Part shown: positions 57,438 through 64,000 of the stretch, piece after piece
Position numbering within the stretch: position 1 is the first letter of the stretch
How the letters are laid out: each line of letters starts with the position of its first letter
Virus record (IMG/VR): IMGVR_UViG_3300025276_000020
Reading direction: 5' to 3' (one strand)
Length of the DNA: 64,000 nucleotides
Source: a virus
Notes under the pieces: model-generated
The model's database searches: none
What the model was told of the DNA's origin: nothing
What the model saw: the letters and a program-made list of their open reading frames with translations, nothing else
Translations under genes and position numbers: made by a program

Positions 57438-58391
57438 ATGGCACAAGGATTTGTAAGAACATTAAATTTCCAAGAAAGTGATACTGGTGCGCTAGATAGA
57501 GGCATACTAGATAACTTGGGAGGACTAAACATAACAAATGATTTGCTACTCTTTGATGGCAACTCCAAATTTGTATCTAAACTTGTTGCCGCTGACTATA
57601 GTGTCGCAAATAATATCGTAACTGTTACAGGTGAAGGTAAGGTCGCTTTCTCTGACGGAACTAAGCTGTCTTTTAACTCAGCGCCAGCATCTTTCATATA
57701 CACTGTATTTAATTCTAATGGCATTGATAAGTTCCAAGTAAAGAATGGTGGAGGCTCAACAGTAACTCCATCTGGTACTTTGCGTAGAAGTGACTATATC
57801 ACTCAAGCAAATTTAGCCAATCTCAGTGTTAAGAGACTGGAGACTAATGGAGGAATTAGCTCTGGAATATCAGTAGACAGTGATGGAGGAGGAGATGTAT
57901 TCAACTCTTTCACGTCCAACGCACAGGTTGCGTATATTGAAGATTTACTAGGACTGTTCTACTATAAAAGGTCTAGAATACCTCGTAACTACGAACTGAG
58001 TACTTTCAGCATTCCTGTTAAATTTTCTGGTGCAATCACAATAATGAACAGTGTAGCTACGTCTAGCACTGTACCTAGTGCCACTAGTCCAGGTTTGTTT
58101 ATTGTAGATGCGTCAAATCCTTCAGCCACTGCTGTACGTGCATTCAGCGATTCATCAAATCCCTGGTCTACAGTTTCTGGCGCTCTTCATACAGACGAAG
58201 ATAACGCTCAAGCTAACAGACTATTCTTTGATCCAGCCTCACAGCCTACTACTCCAAATATTAAAACTGTGAATGCTTCAGGAACTCAAGTCACCTTAGT
58301 GACAACTGAGACAAACGTAGTATCAACAGCGACTCATAAATTGCCTGTAGAAGTTAACGGTGAAACGTACTTTCTACTTCTTAAAGTTTAA
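57438..58391 (+). CDS. virion structural protein, hypothetical
   Basis: S/T-rich; C-terminal THKLPVEVNGETYFLL fiber-type end. Confidence 0.6.
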   Translation: MAQGFVRTLNFQESDTGALDRGILDNLGGLNITNDLLLFDGNSKFVSKLVAADYSVANNIVTVTGEGKVAFSDGTKLSFNSAPASFIYTVFNSNGIDKFQVKNGGGSTVTPSGTLRRSDYITQANLANLSVKRLETNGGISSGISVDSDGGGDVFNSFTSNAQVAYIEDLLGLFYYKRSRIPRNYELSTFSIPVKFSGAITIMNSVATSSTVPSATSPGLFIVDASNPSATAVRAFSDSSNPWSTVSGALHTDEDNAQANRLFFDPASQPTTPNIKTVNASGTQVTLVTTETNVVSTATHKLPVEVNGETYFLLLKV

Positions 58392-60805
58392 GTCATTAAT
58401 ATCTTATAAGTGGTTCCCGATGAAGTCTGAAGTGGAAAATACTTGCCCGCATTTGTTGGTGGAGATATTGCCACAATATGATTAGTGGGTAAAGTAATTG
58501 CCATTTCACCGAAAGCTAAACCCTCTACTTCTAAATTTGCATTAGAAGCAGGCGTAGCAAGACCCAAGGCTGTACCAGCAAATGGCGGTGCAGTGTTCAG
58601 AGGAATAATACAGAACTCTTTGTTTGTACTGCCTGGATTATTAGCGTTTTTAATAAAGACTAACGTTGAGGCAGCATTTAACGCACTATTGACGGGAGCT
58701 GAAAGTGTGATAGTAGTTGCATTAACAACAGACAAAACAGTTGTGCCGTAAGTAATAACTGGACTTCCAGAGTTTGATCCTACGAACTGTACAAAGTCAT
58801 TTTGTGCAACTCCACTAGTGGTTGTTAACACGACTGAATTGCCACTAGATGTAGTCGATGCAACTTCTCTACCATAAACTCCTGCACACGAAAGAACTGA
58901 AGACTTATCATCTAATCCACGACTAGCGTATACAGCAACTATAGAGCCTCCGGCAGGTCCTGATAGGTTTCCTCCAGATACAGTAATGTTGTTTTGTGAT
59001 CCAGCTATAGTCGATACAGTAGTTCTTCTTCTTGTTGTAGAATTCGATGTTCCGTTATCAGCAACGCCAAATAATAACATATCTTCATACACTTTAGCGG
59101 GTAAAGCTCCTTCTCCAGACATTTTATATAAAGAACCTGCTGTAGTGCCGCCAGCACTGGATAGTTTGTAGACTCCCACCAGTCCAAGGTTCTTCCATAT
59201 CATTGCACTGAACGTACCATTAATAGCTATGCCAGTATCTGACTCGATAGTATCTTTCAGATATGCAAACTGGACTGTGTTGTCAACATTCGCACCACTT
59301 ATCTCTAATATCTGATAAGTGTAGTACGTAGATCCGTTTTTAAATGTTACCCAGTCTCCTACTGAACATCCGTCCCAGTTTGCTGCCCCAACTTTACCGA
59401 ACGTGTCGATTATTGTCACTGCTTTCATAGTCACCGCAGTGTTGTTTCCTGTGACAGACACAAGTTTCTCACTGTGAAGTTTTGGTATAGTATATGGCAT
59501 AGACAAAGTATTGTTAACTCTAATCGGGCTAGTAGATAGCTGGTTTAGAGGACTAGCTTTAAAGTCTTCAAAGTATTTGTACGTGTATGGTCCAAATACC
59601 TGATTTCTATCAAAGGAAGAATACAATCTATTGAACGGTAGTTTGTCGCTATTCTCAGAAGTTTCAGAAAACATTTTAGTCTGATAGTTAGATCCATCGC
59701 CTGGATTTGGATACCAAACAGTGAATCTAACTCTCAGTCTATTTCCTCTTTTCTGAGGAGTGAACACTATTGGACTTTCTGCAGGGTCTACACCGCCTAC
59801 ATGATCAAACGTTAATGTGCCCGAGAATCCTGTTCCTGGAACTGTACAGGTCTTGCCTGTTATGCTCATATTTTCTACAATTTGACCAGCCGATTTGGCA
59901 GCGGCATAACTCTGACCAGGCTTTCTAACTATCATGCCATTACACACATACTTTTCAACACCTAATGTAGTTCCAATTTTACCTGGAGCTAAGTTTATAG
60001 TTGTTGTTGATCCGTCATCTGTAAAAGTCAATAGCGTTATTGCTTGACTGAAATTGAATACACTCTTTAGCTTTACCCAATTATTTTCATTTCCTGCATC
60101 AACCACGTCCTCCTCGATCATAAATAACCCAGTAGACTCCCACACTTGTGAGTAGTCTCCAGATAAGTATCCTATCCATTGAATAAGACCGTATGTGTCC
60201 GGCATAGATGGGTGTAACTTAGCGGCAAAATCGAATACACCGTCGTTCCAAAAATCGACGGGATACACCATGGCTTGATAGTCGTTAACAAGAGAAGTGG
60301 AGAATAGATTGGTACCTAAAGAGCCTATCGCACTAGAACTTAAATTACCGGTTGTGGCAAAAGATATAGTTGCGTTGATTCTATCGGCAGTAACGAATCT
60401 AGCTATAGGACCATCACCGCCGTCTATCCATGGAGGATCGCCTAAGACTGATTTAAAATTGCTGATATGGTCTTGTAGAGTTCTTCTAGGCTGTACTTCT
60501 AGAATAGTACCAGGAGAGACTCCACTTAGACTTGTTCCTACGCCTACAGTGAACTCAACTAGACTGTTATTGAGAGCAACTAAGTCTAAGGATTGTCCGT
60601 TATCGTTTACGCTATCAGATAGCCCAGTGTTTCTCAGTCCTTGCGTAGGCTTTATATCGTCTACAGAGAATCCAGTGGGTGCACTGTTTTCATCTAGGGC
60701 TGAAGATAAATTATCTAGTACGTTAGATAATGCTGAATTTGGATTGGTTAGATCCGCTAAATTTTTATCTGCTCTTAGGCCGAATTTTAAGTATTTTGTG
60801 GTCAT
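58388..60805 (-). CDS. virion structural protein, opposite orientation
   Basis: Likely start ATG 60805 (MTTKYLKFGLRADKNLADL); own late promoter. Confidence 0.7.
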   Translation of the reverse strand: MTTKYLKFGLRADKNLADLTNPNSALSNVLDNLSSALDENSAPTGFSVDDIKPTQGLRNTGLSDSVNDNGQSLDLVALNNSLVEFTVGVGTSLSGVSPGTILEVQPRRTLQDHISNFKSVLGDPPWIDGGDGPIARFVTADRINATISFATTGNLSSSAIGSLGTNLFSTSLVNDYQAMVYPVDFWNDGVFDFAAKLHPSMPDTYGLIQWIGYLSGDYSQVWESTGLFMIEEDVVDAGNENNWVKLKSVFNFSQAITLLTFTDDGSTTTINLAPGKIGTTLGVEKYVCNGMIVRKPGQSYAAAKSAGQIVENMSITGKTCTVPGTGFSGTLTFDHVGGVDPAESPIVFTPQKRGNRLRVRFTVWYPNPGDGSNYQTKMFSETSENSDKLPFNRLYSSFDRNQVFGPYTYKYFEDFKASPLNQLSTSPIRVNNTLSMPYTIPKLHSEKLVSVTGNNTAVTMKAVTIIDTFGKVGAANWDGCSVGDWVTFKNGSTYYTYQILEISGANVDNTVQFAYLKDTIESDTGIAINGTFSAMIWKNLGLVGVYKLSSAGGTTAGSLYKMSGEGALPAKVYEDMLLFGVADNGTSNSTTRRRTTVSTIAGSQNNITVSGGNLSGPAGGSIVAVYASRGLDDKSSVLSCAGVYGREVASTTSSGNSVVLTTTSGVAQNDFVQFVGSNSGSPVITYGTTVLSVVNATTITLSAPVNSALNAASTLVFIKNANNPGSTNKEFCIIPLNTAPPFAGTALGLATPASNANLEVEGLAFGEMAITLPTNHIVAISPPTNAGKYFPLQTSSGTTYKILMT

Positions 60806-60840
60806 TTTAAATCCAATGTTGTTAATGGCTCTGTTCTTAT

Positions 60841-60852
60841 TATTTATAAATA
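60841..60852. promoter_or_regulatory. overlapping divergent T4 late promoters
   Basis: Palindrome TATTTATAAATA contains TATAAATA on both strands. Confidence 0.75.
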
Positions 60853-60878
60853 CATGTAGCATACATTAGGGAAAAATC

Positions 60879-61220
60879 ATGGCAATTAAAGCAAATATTG
60901 TAATAGATCAAGGCACTGATTTCTCAGCTTTGATTGATGTAGAATCATCAGCCGGAGGCTCCATCGGGGTTTACGATTTAACGGGTTTCACAGTAGCCTC
61001 TCAGATGAGAAAAACTTACGCATCTGCATCACCAGCGGCAACTTTTGGTTGTTCACACAATGGAGCTCTTGGACAGATATCTATAACTCTGGCTAATTCA
61101 GTAACAAATGCATTAGAACCAGGAAGATATATGTACGATATAGAGATCACTTCTAGCGGAGGCGCAAAACAGCGAGTCGTAGAAGGAGTCGTAACAGTAA
61201 CAGCAGGAATGACGAGATAA
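60879..61220 (+). CDS. small Ig-like virion protein (BppU N-terminal-like)
   Basis: IDQGTDF, DLTG.T..SQMRK, GRY.YD.EI, RVVEG.VTV. Confidence 0.75.
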   Translation: MAIKANIVIDQGTDFSALIDVESSAGGSIGVYDLTGFTVASQMRKTYASASPAATFGCSHNGALGQISITLANSVTNALEPGRYMYDIEITSSGGAKQRVVEGVVTVTAGMTR

Positions 61221-61226
61221 AGCAAA

Positions 61227-61445
61227 ATGGCAAATATAAAAGCGAAGCTTACTCCGCAACAGAATTTTTTAGTAACCAATTACCAGATCAATGCCGCCAC
61301 TATCAGACTCGGTGACCTCTTTGACGTAGACGGAACTGGGCAAACAGACGGGGCTATCATTGTCTACAATGGTACCAGTACGAAGTGGGAAGCTTCTACT
61401 GAACTCGATAATATAAATACAATTATAAATGGAGGCAACTTTTAA
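61227..61445 (+). CDS. small fiber-associated protein
   Basis: LGDL.DVD...DG.I.VYN....KW motif; ends INGGNF. Confidence 0.7.
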   Translation: MANIKAKLTPQQNFLVTNYQINAATIRLGDLFDVDGTGQTDGAIIVYNGTSTKWEASTELDNINTIINGGNF

Positions 61446-63718
61446 TGTCTATAATTAAGATCAGAAGATCCACCGGTACGGCCGCACCATCTAGCGTTCT
61501 CGCATTAGGCGAGATGGGATATGCGTACGGCAGTGGTACACAAGCAAACGGCGGTGATAGACTATTTATCGGTACCGGCGGCGAAACAGACAACATAGCG
61601 AATGTCGTTGATGTTATTGGCGGTAAGTATTTTACAAACTTACTAGATCACGTTCACGGAACTAGAACCGCTAGTTCTGCGTTAATCGTAGACTCTAACG
61701 GTAAACTAGACGTATTAGATGTAGATAACTTAAAGTTAGACACAAACACTCTATCATCTACTAACACTAACGGAAACATTATACTTAATCCTGCCGGCAC
61801 AGGTACGATTGAGATGGATGCTATTACCAACTTTGCGTCTAGTGCAACATTCACTGGATTAGTCAATGCAAACGCTGGTATAGCCGTAGACACAAATAAA
61901 TTTACTGTAGCAGATACAACTGGTAACACGTTAATCGCAGGCACATTAGGTGTCACGGGTGAGACTACATTATCATCCGCAATCGTTAGTGACTTAACAG
62001 ATAACAGGATCACAATCGCTGGCACATCAGGCGCACTAGAAGATGATGCTAAATTCCGCTTTGATGGAACTAACTTCCATATTGGCGTTAGTGGCAGTGA
62101 AGTATTCGATGTAACTGTCGCAAATGGTAACACTCAAATCACTGGCACAATAAATGTTGACGGCGAGTCAACACTAGCAAGTGCAGTTGTCGAAGACCTG
62201 ACCAACAATCGAATTGTTATTGCAGGCGCAGGCGGCGCAATAGAAGATGATGCCAATCTAACATTCGATGGAACAACATTCACAGTTGCGGCTGCCACAC
62301 AACTTACTGGCGTAGCTACTGTAACAGGTCAATTGAACGTAGACAGCGTTCGCACTGATGGCAATACTATATCAACACTAGGCACAAACACTAACCTAGT
62401 ATTAGATCCAATTGGCACAGGATACGTGTCAATTACTGGAACAAATGGGTTTGTTATTCCAGTTGGTACAAATGCTCAACAGGGACCTAATGTTGCTGGT
62501 GCTATTAGATATAACAGTGAGAATACTCAATTCGAAGGATACTCAGGAGCTAACTGGTCATCCTTAGGTGGAGTAAGATCGGTTGATGGTCAAACATTCA
62601 TCATTGCTGAAACTAGTCCTGGTAACTCAGACGATACACTACACTTCTATACTGCAACAGGGGCTGCCTCTAATAAGAGAGCAATGTTCCTTGATGAAGA
62701 TCAGCTAAGTATTTTAAACACAACAACTTCTACGTCTAATGGAACTGGATCTCTTATCACTGCTGGTGGTGTGGGTATCGCAGAAAATCTATATGTAGGC
62801 GGAAACACTGTACTCACTGGAGACTTATTGGTTAAAGGTGGTGACATCACTACCGACCAAACAACATTCAATCTAGTTAACACTACAGCGACCACTCTTA
62901 ATATTGGTGGAGCAGGTACTGCAATTAGTATCGGTGCTTCTACTGGTAAGACAACGATTAATAACCCAACTGATGTAACTGGTAGCTTTAGAGTAGGAAC
63001 GACTAACTTTACCGTAGATGCATCAAACGGTAATCTCGAAACTGCTGGTAACGCAATCATCGGTGGCGACTTAACTGTTAACGGTACAACCACATCAGTA
63101 AACACAAATACATTAGATGTTGAAGATGCTCTTATTAGACTTGCATCAGGCAATACATCAGATAGTGTTGATATTGGTTTTGTAGGTAGATACAATGATG
63201 GCGCAGATAAGTTTGCTGGTATATACAGAGATGCTACATCGAATGAATTCTATATCTTTGATGAACTTGTAGATAGTAACTTAACCGATAACGTCATCAC
63301 ACAAGATGGAACTTTTGTTCTAGCTGATACAAATGTAAAAGCTATTAAGTTTGCTCAGAAGTCATTCGCTTTAACTGGTGATGTAACTGGTACTATCAAC
63401 ATGTCTGACATGGGTGATACTAACCACTCTATGGCAGTTACGATTCAAGCTAACTCAGTTGCTCTTGGTACTGATACGACTGGTAATTATATTGCTACTA
63501 TCGTACAAGCTACAGGCGGTGCTACAGACAACAATAGCACAACAAACAACGGACTAGTAATAACAGGAAATGGCACAGAAACTGCCGCAGTAACTCTAAA
63601 GAACAACTTAGCAGATGCGGCAGGTGGAATCGGTACATCTACATTTAACGCAACAAACTTTGACGTTAGTTCTGGAGGTGTTGTTACAGTAGACACCATA
63701 GATGGTGGAACGTTCTAA
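61445..63718 (+). CDS. tail fiber protein
   Basis: IKIRRS...LALGE.GY N-terminus; GAIRYNSE..QFEGY, G.L...GG.GI, GDLTVNGTTT motifs; internal duplication; ends IDGGTF. Confidence 0.8.
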   Translation: MSIIKIRRSTGTAAPSSVLALGEMGYAYGSGTQANGGDRLFIGTGGETDNIANVVDVIGGKYFTNLLDHVHGTRTASSALIVDSNGKLDVLDVDNLKLDTNTLSSTNTNGNIILNPAGTGTIEMDAITNFASSATFTGLVNANAGIAVDTNKFTVADTTGNTLIAGTLGVTGETTLSSAIVSDLTDNRITIAGTSGALEDDAKFRFDGTNFHIGVSGSEVFDVTVANGNTQITGTINVDGESTLASAVVEDLTNNRIVIAGAGGAIEDDANLTFDGTTFTVAAATQLTGVATVTGQLNVDSVRTDGNTISTLGTNTNLVLDPIGTGYVSITGTNGFVIPVGTNAQQGPNVAGAIRYNSENTQFEGYSGANWSSLGGVRSVDGQTFIIAETSPGNSDDTLHFYTATGAASNKRAMFLDEDQLSILNTTTSTSNGTGSLITAGGVGIAENLYVGGNTVLTGDLLVKGGDITTDQTTFNLVNTTATTLNIGGAGTAISIGASTGKTTINNPTDVTGSFRVGTTNFTVDASNGNLETAGNAIIGGDLTVNGTTTSVNTNTLDVEDALIRLASGNTSDSVDIGFVGRYNDGADKFAGIYRDATSNEFYIFDELVDSNLTDNVITQDGTFVLADTNVKAIKFAQKSFALTGDVTGTINMSDMGDTNHSMAVTIQANSVALGTDTTGNYIATIVQATGGATDNNSTTNNGLVITGNGTETAAVTLKNNLADAAGGIGTSTFNATNFDVSSGGVVTVDTIDGGTF

Positions 63719-63817
63719 ATACAATTATTAATGAGATGAAGATGTTCGGTATATACCATTAAGCATCTTTATTCTAACTTAGAAGCTATATAGCTATTAT
63801 ATCAGGTGTGAGGACAG

Positions 63818-64000
63818 ATGTCAACTATTAAATTAAAAAGAAGTGCGGTCGCAGGTAAAGTTCCTGCTACTTCCGATCTTGGCTTAGGCGAGGTAGCACT
63901 CAATACCTACGACGGTAGGATATATGTTAAGAAGTCGGTAGGTGGAACAGATTCCATCGTCACGTTTAGCGGTAGTAGCGCAAGTGAAAATAATGTTCAT
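63818..64000 (+). CDS. tail fiber-like protein, truncated by window end
   Basis: MSTIKLKRSAVAGKVP...LGLGEVALNTYDGRIY; AGGA SD. Confidence 0.75.
   Translation, partial: MSTIKLKRSAVAGKVPATSDLGLGEVALNTYDGRIYVKKSVGGTDSIVTFSGSSASENNVH

Noticed and set aside
60297-60869. 190-aa plus-strand ORF and similar antisense ORFs throughout the structural region
   Set aside because: Shadow frames of long S/T/G-rich genes.
1-64000. CRISPR array, diversity-generating retroelement, introns/inteins, stop-codon recoding
   Set aside because: No spaced direct repeats, reverse transcriptase or homing-endonuclease motifs were seen by eye, and core genes are uninterrupted under the standard code.

Overview
64 kb of a T4-like myophage genome with marine-type gene content. 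The host is inferred to be an alphaproteobacterium because the window carries C4-pathway ALA synthase, a circularly permuted tmRNA and hemO-pcyX. 0.3-7.7 kb is a late-promoter cluster: paralogous small proteins, CsgF/CsgG curli-type secretion genes, two curlin-repeat proteins, a FecR-domain protein and a CHASE2 class III nucleotide cyclase. 7.8-14.8 kb is accessory: SleB hydrolase, hemA, P-loop kinase, heme oxygenase, PcyX bilin reductase, two mini outer-membrane proteins, a PiT-like transporter and a two-piece tmRNA. 14.9-17.4 kb is dsbA-33-59-32. 17.5-41.5 kb is tail/baseplate (29-like, 51, 26, 54, 2, 4, 48, 53, hub, 5, 25, 6, 7, 8, DUF4815-like). 41.7-64 kb is a fiber/adhesin region that includes an LRR protein. 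Most striking observation: a 1357-aa protein in the fiber region carries two copies, 150 aa apart, of a motif that aligns without gaps to the phycobiliprotein Cys84 chromophore-binding helix (K-C-x-R-D-h-x-Y...G-G), in a genome that also encodes hemA-hemO-pcyX. This suggests a bilin-decorated virion protein and is an untested hypothesis. All annotations are from motif recognition by eye; no database search was run.
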